Below, piece by piece: positions 1 through 7,815 of a DNA stretch of 64,000 nucleotides. The first letter of the stretch is position 1. Each line of letters starts with the position of its first letter. The position numbers were made by a program, and so were the translations under genes. Under the pieces are notes generated by a model, which had not been told where the DNA came from, ran no database searches, and was given only the letters and a program-made list of their open reading frames with translations. The stretch is from Sphaerochaetaceae bacterium (lineage in GTDB: Bacteria; Spirochaetota; Spirochaetia; Sphaerochaetales; Sphaerochaetaceae): the NCBI GenBank assembly GCA_963626615.1, contig CAVFYD010000001.1:1012-65011 (forward strand), read 5' to 3'.

Positions 1-955
1 CCTTGTAGTACTTGCCGTTGTCACCCATGACCTTCATGGTCATGCCACGGAGATCCGGAGATATTGACGGCTCGATGTCGACGGTGTACTCCGTGCTGCT
101 TCTCTCCGTGCTTTTCTTTCCATTCCTGCTGAAGCTGTTTATGATGTCGAGGGCTGTCTGGTCGGAGTGGTCCACGATATCCCGGTTCTCCCTCAGAAAA
201 TCGAAGAGCGAGAGGAGTGCCGCAGTCTTGTGTACACAGAGCTCGTAGACTCCTGTCCTGTCGGAGCGGGTGATGGAGCACTCGCTCCTGACAAAGGAGG
301 CGTAGTAATACCATGAGTTCACCTTCGCACATGTGATGCCGAGTATTCCCTTTCGGCCGAGATTTATCATGACGAGAGCCGTGTCATTCTTTGCGCTGTC
401 GCTGACCATGACTTCATATAAGAGTGCCTTGTCGTCACTGTCTCCGGGATTTGCGATGCGTGTGCTGCGGTTTGTGACGGCACCCGCCTTTACCATCTGA
501 AGGGCTTCCTCGTATGTCTTCTTCGTCGGACAGTATTCCTCGAGACTCCTGCCGAAGTTGAGGTAGTGGTAGCCTCCGTCATCCTCGAATGTGAGGGGGA
601 CGTATTCCTTCTTCGGCGGGGCCTTCTTCTCCGGGGCCGTTTCACTGAATACAGCCTTGCCGAACTCGTCCTCTATCTCGAAGAGAACGGCTGCGATGTG
701 CTTGCAGTATCTGTGCTCCACTGCATATGGACACGTGCATGTCGGTCCCTTCACCTTTCCGTTCTCTATCGTGAGGCCGACATAGTAGTCTTCGGTTCCC
801 TCGACTGTGGCAGTATAGTCGTTTCCGTTTCTTTCAAGGTTCTCGACACAGCAGTCCGAGTAATATTCTTCACCTCTCCTGAGAATCTGAGAAGGTATAT
901 AGTCTCTCCAGTTCATCATGGGGATATCGTACAGAGGAAAAGGATGCTTTTCCAT
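1..955 (-). CDS. SWIM zinc-finger domain protein (N-terminus complete, C-terminus runs off the window start)
   Basis: Hand translation of the minus strand from ATG at 955 gives MEKHPFPLYDIPMMNWRDYIPSQILRRGEEYY... It contains CTCPYAVEHRYCKH, a CxC-x9-CxH SWIM signature. The frame stays open to position 1. It is absent from the ORF track because it has no stop inside the window. Confidence 0.75.
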   Translation of the reverse strand, partial: MEKHPFPLYDIPMMNWRDYIPSQILRRGEEYYSDCCVENLERNGNDYTATVEGTEDYYVGLTIENGKVKGPTCTCPYAVEHRYCKHIAAVLFEIEDEFGKAVFSETAPEKKAPPKKEYVPLTFEDDGGYHYLNFGRSLEEYCPTKKTYEEALQMVKAGAVTNRSTRIANPGDSDDKALLYEVMVSDSAKNDTALVMINLGRKGILGITCAKVNSWYYYASFVRSECSITRSDRTGVYELCVHKTAALLSLFDFLRENRDIVDHSDQTALDIINSFSRNGKKSTERSSTEYTVDIEPSISPDLRGMTMKVMGDNGKYYK

Positions 956-1035
956 ACAGCAGACGAAGATTAACCCATTCTTTTCATCTTGATTATTACT
1001 TATGCGCTGTGTAAGTTATTGCTGTCGGGTTTGAA

Positions 1036-1911
1036 ATGAAGAAGAAAATGATTCTGCTTTTCTCTGTCATTATCATCGTGATGACAGGATGTGCCAGTGT
1101 TGAAAAGGGAGAAGATGAAATGGCTGAAGTGAAGACTGCCGTATTCGAAGGCGGAAAAATGGACTATATTGTTTTCGGCAGCGGAGAGAAGGCTTTTGTG
1201 ATTCTGCCCGGACTCGCTGTCCACAGCGTGATGAGCCTTGGAAACGCAGTTCACGCCGCCTATTCTTCATTCTGTGATGAGTACACCGTCTACCTCTTCG
1301 ACAGGACAGAACATATCGGGGAGGGATGCTCAATAGGAGACCTCGCACATGATACTGCACTTGCACTTGAGGCAATCGGAGTGAAGAATGCTGATGTCTT
1401 CGGTGCTTCGCAGGGGGGCATGATGGCAATCTCTCTGGCAATAGAACATCCCGAACTTGTTCATAAGCTCATACTGGGGTCAACACTTTCCCGTGTCAAT
1501 GAAACTTTCCTCACTGTCGCTTCAGTGTGGCTTGAAAAGGCTGAAAAGAGGGACGAAGAGGGGCTTCTGGCTGCGTTTGTCGATTCCGTCTATTCGGAGA
1601 ATACGCTTTCACAGTACAGGGAGACTCTTATGGAATCAAACCGTGGAATAACAGAAGAGGAGTGGAAGCGTTTCATCATTCTTGCATCCTCCTGTCTTGA
1701 GTTTGATTCATATGATGAACTCGGAAAGATTCAGTGCCCCGTTCTCGTTCTCGGCTCGGAAGGCGACAGGGTAGTGACGGCAGAGGCGTCACGCGAGATA
1801 GCCTCGGTTCTCAACTGCGAACTCCATATATATCCCTCCGTCTACGGACACGCAGTCTACGATGAGGCTCCGGACTACAGGTCGCGGTGTCTGGAATTCC
1901 TCAGAAAATGA
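1036..1911 (+). CDS. alpha/beta-fold hydrolase, probable lipoprotein
   Basis: Lipobox-like N-terminus MKKKMILLFSVIIIVMTGC. Nucleophile elbow GASQGG (GxSxG). C-terminal His context YGHAVYDE. Confidence 0.8.
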   Translation: MKKKMILLFSVIIIVMTGCASVEKGEDEMAEVKTAVFEGGKMDYIVFGSGEKAFVILPGLAVHSVMSLGNAVHAAYSSFCDEYTVYLFDRTEHIGEGCSIGDLAHDTALALEAIGVKNADVFGASQGGMMAISLAIEHPELVHKLILGSTLSRVNETFLTVASVWLEKAEKRDEEGLLAAFVDSVYSENTLSQYRETLMESNRGITEEEWKRFIILASSCLEFDSYDELGKIQCPVLVLGSEGDRVVTAEASREIASVLNCELHIYPSVYGHAVYDEAPDYRSRCLEFLRK

Positions 1912-2152
1912 AGGCAGGAATGCAGGATGTGCGTTCTTTCTGCTGACTCTTTCTTCCCTTGTAAGAAGATAGAAGAATGATGTTAAGGAAAGGACAGAAA
2001 ATTCCGCTAATTTGCATTTTTATCTGCTTTTCTGCTTCATTCATCAATTTTTGATTCTGAAATTGATGAATATTGCATTTTTATTTATCATTGTGTTCTT
2101 TTGGAATGATGTGCAAGATTCCGGTTTTTTGCCGTTATTTTCAGATATTGCA

Positions 2153-2181
2153 TTGACTAAAGCGCAGAATATCTCTATTTT
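2153..2181 (+). promoter_or_regulatory. sigma70-like promoter candidate for gdhA (TTGACT-17 nt-TATTTT)
   Basis: TTGACT at 2153-2158, an exact 17-nt spacer, then TATTTT at 2176-2181. It lies 57 nt upstream of the gdhA ATG. Confidence 0.4.
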
Positions 2182-2237
2182 TTTGTGAAAAAACTAAAAA
2201 TCGCAGGTTTAGTAAATTCCGTTTTCGGGAGGATGAG

Positions 2238-3596
2238 ATGAACGCAGCAACGGAGAGTGTATTCGAGCGTGTTATGATGAATGACCCGGGCCAGGTGGAG
2301 TTCCAGAGTGCAGTAAGGAATTTCCTTATGTCGATTGACAAGGTGATCGACAGGTTTCCGGATGTCATATACAACAGGGTTCTAGACAGAATGGTGGAGC
2401 CGGAGAGGACAATCATGTTCCGTGTTCCTTGGATCAGCGACGAAGGAAGACTCGAGATAAACAGGGGCTACAGGGTTCAGATGTCATCGGCCCTCGGACC
2501 GTACAAGGGAGGACTGAGATTCCATCCGTCGGTAAACCTCTCGATCATGAAGTTCCTTGCCTTCGAGCAGGTATTCAAGAACTGTCTGACATCTCTCCCG
2601 ATGGGAGGAGGAAAGGGCGGAAGCGATTTCAATCCCAAAGGAAAGAGCGATGGCGAAGTCATGCGCTTCTGTCAGTCGTTCATCACGGAGCTCTACAGAC
2701 ATATCGGACCGGATACCGATGTTCCTGCAGGTGACATCGGAGTCGGAGGCAGGGAAGTGGGATACATGTTCGGTCAGTACAAGAGAATCACGAATTCCTT
2801 CACCGGCGTTCTCACAGGTAAGGGACTCGACTTCGGCGGCTCTCTCATCAGACCCGAGGCTACAGGCTACGGCCTTGTCTATCTTTCCGAGGCAATTCTC
2901 GCTGACCGCAGGATGAGTCTTGCAGGTTCCACGTGTCTTGTCTCGGGTTCTGGTAACGTTGCCCAGTATACTGTCGAGAAGATAACAGAGCTTGGCGGAA
3001 AGGTCGTCACCCTTTCTGACAGCAGCGGTATGATCTACGACGAGAAGGGAATCGACAGGGAAAAACTGGAGTATGTAAAGCTTCTCAAGAACGTCATGAG
3101 GGGAAGAATCAGCGAGTACGCGGAGAAATACCCCGGAGTTGTATATATCCCGCGTAAGGGAGGAACACCGAACCCCGTCTGGGACATAAGGGCTGACTAT
3201 GCATTCCCGTGCGCAACTCAGCTTGAAATCCTGAAGGACGATGCGCTCAATCTCGTCAGAAACGGCGTGAAGTACGTCGGAGAAGGCGCGAACATGCCCT
3301 GTTCGACTGAAGCTGAGGAAGTTCTTGTATCCTCAGGTGTTCTCGTTGCTCCCAGCAAGGCTGCAAACGCAGGCGGTGTTGCGGTGTCGGGTCTCGAGAT
3401 GAGCCAGAACAGCATGAGACTCTCGTGGACAAGGGAGGAAGTGGACCAGAGACTGAAGGGAATCATGAAGAACATCTACTGCGGTATGTCCGAGGCTGCA
3501 TCCCTCTATTCCGATAAGGACAACTTCATTGACGGTGCGAACATCGCATCATTCATGAAGGTGTCGCGTGCGATGCTTGCTCAGGGCTACGTCTGA
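2238..3596 (+). CDS. gdhA: NADP-specific glutamate dehydrogenase
   Basis: 452 aa. Classic Glu/Leu/Phe/Val dehydrogenase motifs KGGLRFHPSVNLSIMKFLAFEQVFKNCLT and LPMGGGKGGSDFNPKGKSDGEVMRFCQSF. The RBS gggagg precedes the ATG. Confidence 0.95.
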   Translation: MNAATESVFERVMMNDPGQVEFQSAVRNFLMSIDKVIDRFPDVIYNRVLDRMVEPERTIMFRVPWISDEGRLEINRGYRVQMSSALGPYKGGLRFHPSVNLSIMKFLAFEQVFKNCLTSLPMGGGKGGSDFNPKGKSDGEVMRFCQSFITELYRHIGPDTDVPAGDIGVGGREVGYMFGQYKRITNSFTGVLTGKGLDFGGSLIRPEATGYGLVYLSEAILADRRMSLAGSTCLVSGSGNVAQYTVEKITELGGKVVTLSDSSGMIYDEKGIDREKLEYVKLLKNVMRGRISEYAEKYPGVVYIPRKGGTPNPVWDIRADYAFPCATQLEILKDDALNLVRNGVKYVGEGANMPCSTEAEEVLVSSGVLVAPSKAANAGGVAVSGLEMSQNSMRLSWTREEVDQRLKGIMKNIYCGMSEAASLYSDKDNFIDGANIASFMKVSRAMLAQGYV

Positions 3597-3615
3597 TATT
3601 TCCACCTCATATTTT

Positions 3616-3646
3616 CCCCGGGCTCTTCGGCGTCCGGGGATTTTTT
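3616..3646 (+). terminator. rho-independent terminator after gdhA
   Basis: CCCCGG...CCGGGG stem followed by TTTTTT. Confidence 0.7.
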
Positions 3647-3961
3647 ACGGTCGCAATCTTCTGTTTGAACATTGAATTAAAAGAAGATGCAGATCCTCTC
3701 TTCGGAGCTTTTGTGCATGCATGTCCCGTGACAGATGAGCCGGAGCGGGGGCATACGGCTCAGTCTTCCGTCATCTCACCGGCTTTGCCCCGATGGCTTT
3801 CCGGGACGGTTAACAGACACCGGTAATGCCTGTTATCGGAGTCGCAGCTGTCATCAGCGTTCTCATCGTCCCGTTTTCTGCTGACAGAAAGAATCGTCAC
3901 GATAATCGGTGAGTGGACTTTCAAAGAGTCCGATCATTCTGTAATATATATTCATCACAAG

Positions 3962-5194
3962 GTGGTTACAATGAACAGTGACGCGAAACTCATAATAGAT
4001 GAAGCACTGAGGGATTCTCTTCCCGACAGCGCAGTGAAGAAGGCACTCGATAAAATTACATTCAGAAGCGGTAAGCTCGTACTCGTTGCAGTCGGCAAGG
4101 CCGCATGGCAGATGGCAGCGGCAGCATATGCTGTTCTCGGCGAGCGTATCGACAGCGGCTGCGTGATCACGAAGTACGGACACAGCAAAGGGCCTGTCGG
4201 CTCTCTCGAGATATATGAAGCGGGACACCCCGTATCCGATGCGAATACCTATAAGGCAACGGAGAGATGCATATCTCTTGTGAGCAGTCTCACTTCCGCT
4301 GACAACGTCCTTTTCCTCATAAGCGGAGGCGGCAGCGCTCTCTTCGAGAAGCCTCTTGTAACGGAAGAGGAGAACCAGGACATAACACGGCAGCTTCTTG
4401 CATGCGGGGCCGACATCGTCGAGATGAATACCATCCGCAAGAGGCTTTCAGCCGTCAAGGGCGGAAAGTTCGCTCTTTTGTGTGCTCCTGCCCACGTTGA
4501 TGCCATTATCCTCTCCGACATCATCGGAGATCCTCTCGATATGATAGCATCCGGTCCGGCCTATCCCGATTCCTCGACAACCGGAGAGGCCCTGGCCATT
4601 ATCAGAAAATATAATCTGAAGCTCTCGCCGGAGGCAGAGAAACTTATCGCTCAGCCTACTCCGAAGACGCTCGATAACGTCACATCCTACGTAACGGGAA
4701 GCGTGAAGCAGCTCTGCCTCTCTGCTGAAAGAACGGCAAAAAAACTCGGCTACGAGACTGTATTCCTCACATCATCCCTCAACTGCGAGGCGAGAGAGGC
4801 CGGAATGTTCCTCTCTGCCATTGCACGTGACAACGCATCCTCGGGCCGTAAGCTTGCCTTCATAGCTGGCGGTGAGACAGTTGTACATCTTACAGGAAAA
4901 GGCAAGGGCGGAAGAAACCAGGAAATCGCACTTGCAGCGGCTGCCGGAATAAAAGGTCTTGATAAGTGCTCGATATTCTCAGTCGGAAGCGACGGCACTG
5001 ACGGTCCGACAGATGCCGCAGGGGGCTGTGTCGACCAGGACACCGCCTCCGTTCTGGAGGAGAAGGGAATAGACATCTCTCAAGTCCTCCGGAACAACGA
5101 CGCCTACAATGCCCTCAAGGCAGCGGATGCTCTCGTCATGACAGGTCCGACAGGAACAAACGTCAACGACCTCACGGTTCTTCTTCTGAATTGA
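3962..5194 (+). CDS. glycerate 2-kinase / hydroxypyruvate reductase-like protein (MOFRL family)
   Basis: Motifs LFLISGGGSALFE and GGETVVHLTGKGKGGRNQEIALAAA are typical of the TtuD/GckA family. The start may be the ATG at 3971 rather than the GTG at 3962. Confidence 0.85.
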   Translation: MVTMNSDAKLIIDEALRDSLPDSAVKKALDKITFRSGKLVLVAVGKAAWQMAAAAYAVLGERIDSGCVITKYGHSKGPVGSLEIYEAGHPVSDANTYKATERCISLVSSLTSADNVLFLISGGGSALFEKPLVTEEENQDITRQLLACGADIVEMNTIRKRLSAVKGGKFALLCAPAHVDAIILSDIIGDPLDMIASGPAYPDSSTTGEALAIIRKYNLKLSPEAEKLIAQPTPKTLDNVTSYVTGSVKQLCLSAERTAKKLGYETVFLTSSLNCEAREAGMFLSAIARDNASSGRKLAFIAGGETVVHLTGKGKGGRNQEIALAAAAGIKGLDKCSIFSVGSDGTDGPTDAAGGCVDQDTASVLEEKGIDISQVLRNNDAYNALKAADALVMTGPTGTNVNDLTVLLLN

Positions 5195-5201
5195 AACCAT
5201 C

Positions 5202-5232
5202 AATCCCGGGCCTGCCCGGGATTAGCTTTTGC
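5202..5232 (+). terminator. hairpin terminator candidate after the glycerate kinase gene
   Basis: AATCCCGGG-cctg-CCCGGGATT stem followed by a weak T tract (agcttttgcc). Confidence 0.45.
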
Positions 5233-5442
5233 CTCAGACTTGAAAAAGATGTCAGTCGGAGAATGTCATTAATCCGCCGAGGTTCCTCTTCGGTTGTGCT
5301 GACAACAGCCGTCAAACCATACGAGGACTCAGGAGAGCCCCCCGGGAGGCGCTATTGTTATCGAAACGGGCATAATAGTTATCGACATGAGAGGTGACAG
5401 AGAGTACCATAGCTATGTAACTTAACCGGTTTAGGAGGGATT

Positions 5443-6747
5443 ATGGACACTTTCCGGCAGACACTTCTCAGAACAGCGCTCCCGATAACGGGGCAGAGCA
5501 TTCTCCAGTCTTCGTTCTCGCTCATCGACCAGCTGATGGTCGGACAGCTAGGAACAGTTGCCGTTGCGGCAGTGGGAATCGGCGGCAAGTTCTCGTCGTT
5601 CTATACTGTTCTCCTTGCATCCCTAATTTCCGCCTACGGGATAATGCTGAGTCAGTATGTCGGGGCCGGAGACAGCAACGGGGAAGCGAAATCATTCCGT
5701 CTTGCATCTCTTTTCTCGCTTGTTCTCACACTTCTTTTTCTTATTCCCTCACTTGTTATCCCGAAAGGGGTGATGAGCCTCTATATAACCGACAAAGAGA
5801 CAATAGATCTCTCTTCGGAGTATCTCCTCATCGTGAGCCTCGGTTTTCCTGCCCAGGCCCTGACACTCATCTTCTCGACAATCCTGAGGTCTCACGAGAA
5901 GGCCCAGATGCCCCTGTATGCCTCACTCATATCTGCTGTGGTCAACAGCGGTCTCAACTACGTCTTCATTTTTGTCTTCAATCGGGGTGTCACGGGAGCC
6001 GCAGTGGCGACTGTAATCAGCCAGTACACGGCGGCCGCTCTTGTTATCATTCCCTCTATCCGAATGATGAAAAAGGCAGACGGCACAAAGGATGGGGAGT
6101 ACGTGAAGGCATTCTTCCGCATATTCCTTCCCATCGTATTCTGCGAGTTCTTCTGGGGACTTGGGGAGAATGTCTATGCCTCGGTCTACGGACATCTCGG
6201 AACCGGGAGCGCAGCGGCATACTCTCTCACGGGGCCCGTGCAGTCTCTTATGACAGGAGCGCTCACAGGCCTGAGCCAGGCTTCCGGAATCCTCATCGGA
6301 AAGGAACTCGGGAGAAAGGACTATGAAAACGCATACAGCCACAGTTTGATAATCATCAGGTACGGCGTTCTCTTCTCCGTAATTCTCTCCGTTATCCTCA
6401 TATTCGTCAGACGATACTATCTTTCGCTGTATTGTGTCGGTGAAGAGGTGTCATATCTTGCGTCAATGCTTCTTTTCGTCTACTCGTTCTATGCTCCCGT
6501 CAAGGTCAGCAATATGATAATAGGCGGGGGGATAATCAGGGCCGGCGGCAGAACCGATCTCAGCATGTATGTCGATGTGATAGGCACGTGGGGAATCGGA
6601 GTGCCTCTTGCATTCCTTTCGTCACGTCTTCTTCATTTCCCGGTCTACCTTGTATATGCAGCGCTCTCCTTCGAGGAAGTTGTCAGACTCATAATCGTCT
6701 GCCGTATCTTCGTGAAGAAAAAGTGGATGGAAAGCATCACAGCCTGA
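5443..6747 (+). CDS. MATE family efflux transporter
   Basis: 434 aa and about 12 predicted TM helices. N-terminus LRTALPITGQSILQSSFSLIDQLMVGQLG is typical of the MatE family. Confidence 0.9.
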   Translation: MDTFRQTLLRTALPITGQSILQSSFSLIDQLMVGQLGTVAVAAVGIGGKFSSFYTVLLASLISAYGIMLSQYVGAGDSNGEAKSFRLASLFSLVLTLLFLIPSLVIPKGVMSLYITDKETIDLSSEYLLIVSLGFPAQALTLIFSTILRSHEKAQMPLYASLISAVVNSGLNYVFIFVFNRGVTGAAVATVISQYTAAALVIIPSIRMMKKADGTKDGEYVKAFFRIFLPIVFCEFFWGLGENVYASVYGHLGTGSAAAYSLTGPVQSLMTGALTGLSQASGILIGKELGRKDYENAYSHSLIIIRYGVLFSVILSVILIFVRRYYLSLYCVGEEVSYLASMLLFVYSFYAPVKVSNMIIGGGIIRAGGRTDLSMYVDVIGTWGIGVPLAFLSSRLLHFPVYLVYAALSFEEVVRLIIVCRIFVKKKWMESITA

Positions 6748-6784
6748 GAAAAAGAAGATTCTGTTTGAAGAGAGCTTCTTGATA

Positions 6785-7085
6785 ATGTACGATGACAGTA
6801 TGACGAAGGAAATCTTTGAAAAGGCCCTGGGCATCACTGCCATGGTTCATGAAAGACGGGGAACTTGAGAGTGACGGCGTCTTCCGCATCACAATCGACT
6901 TCGACGACGCTGCTTTCCCCGATATGAGGGACAGCGTGGAGAAGGAGTGGGGGCACCTCAGCTTCTTCCAGTATCCCTGTGTCATAAAAGCGAGAATCCC
7001 GAGAGTGAAGGATGAAAGCGGTAAAACATCACTCGTCAGTCCCCCGTGGAAGAAGACAGTCGGGAGCTTTGTTTCACTGAAGTAG
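6785..7085 (+). pseudogene. decayed N-terminal fragment of an ISL3-family transposase
   Basis: Frame 1 reads MYDDSMTKEIFEKALGITA. After a frameshift near 6840 the text continues PWFMKDGELESDGVFRITIDFDD...EKEWGHLSFFQYPCVIKARIPRVKDESGKTSLVSPPWKKTVGSF. This follows the ISL3 N-terminal pattern (ILGL..PW.V..V.......I.I......W.HL..FQ....L.A.IPRVKC...G.....VPWA...S.FT). The zinc-finger cysteines are lost and there is no DDE domain. Confidence 0.6.
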
Positions 7086-7098
7086 AGGAGAAGAAAAG

Positions 7099-7812
7099 AT
7101 GAGTTACAGGACAGTTGAGGCGAGACTTATGGAACTTGCCGACTCTGACGGCTTTGATGCCCTCTACGAAAACCCCAGGAAGGTCTATGACTATCTCATA
7201 AAGGAGAAAGGGGCAGACAGGTCACTCTGCCGTGCGGTTGCGTACGCACTCCTCTTTGACGTCGGAAGAGGGGGAATCGGGGAGAAGGGAAGCCTGAGAC
7301 GGAGAATAAACACACTCTCCCTCAAAGAGGACGTGAGTATATCTCTTTACAGGATATTCTCCGCTCTCTGTTCCGGAGAGCATCTCTCTGCGCTCTCCGA
7401 AGATAAGAAGAAGGCCCTTGATGACTTCTGCTCCCGGGAGCATACATTCAGAATTTCCGGTGAGGCCGACTGGCATTCGAAGAAACATTACACACTGCAC
7501 TGCTCTTACCGCTATGAACTCACCCTGGCCGTGAGTGACAGGAAGAAGGTTGAGGAAGATACCCTGGAGTTCCTCAGTAAGCCTGGCTCTGCAACATCTG
7601 ATGATATTGCTTCATATTACAGGAATGAAATAAAGAAAGCTGTAGATGATGACTTTGATTATTTCTGCTCCGACATCGAAGATTACTACGAGCCGGCTGT
7701 CGAAGAGTATGACGGTGAAAGCGGGAACAGTGCCATAGATGAATACTTAGAGGAGCACGGTCTCGTTCTTGTCGCGTCTTCCTTCCGTGGCGATACGGAC
7801 AGTGACTGGTGA
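7099..7812 (+). CDS. hypothetical protein, paralog of the 9985-10797 product (cassette gene A)
   Basis: 237 aa. RBS gaggag lies 8 nt upstream. It shares blocks with gene C: DGFDALYENPRKVYDYL/NGFEYLYKNPVILKEAL, AVAYALLFDVG/AFIYAIMSGVG, EEHGLVLVASSF/GDHGLVPLTASF. I recognise no family. Confidence 0.7.
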   Translation: MSYRTVEARLMELADSDGFDALYENPRKVYDYLIKEKGADRSLCRAVAYALLFDVGRGGIGEKGSLRRRINTLSLKEDVSISLYRIFSALCSGEHLSALSEDKKKALDDFCSREHTFRISGEADWHSKKHYTLHCSYRYELTLAVSDRKKVEEDTLEFLSKPGSATSDDIASYYRNEIKKAVDDDFDYFCSDIEDYYEPAVEEYDGESGNSAIDEYLEEHGLVLVASSFRGDTDSDW

Positions 7813-7815
7813 CAT

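Noticed and set aside
566-973. 135-aa plus-strand ORF (and 591-785) at the start of the window.
   Set aside because: It is antisense to the much better supported SWIM-finger gene on the minus strand. It has an R/L/C-rich composition and no RBS.
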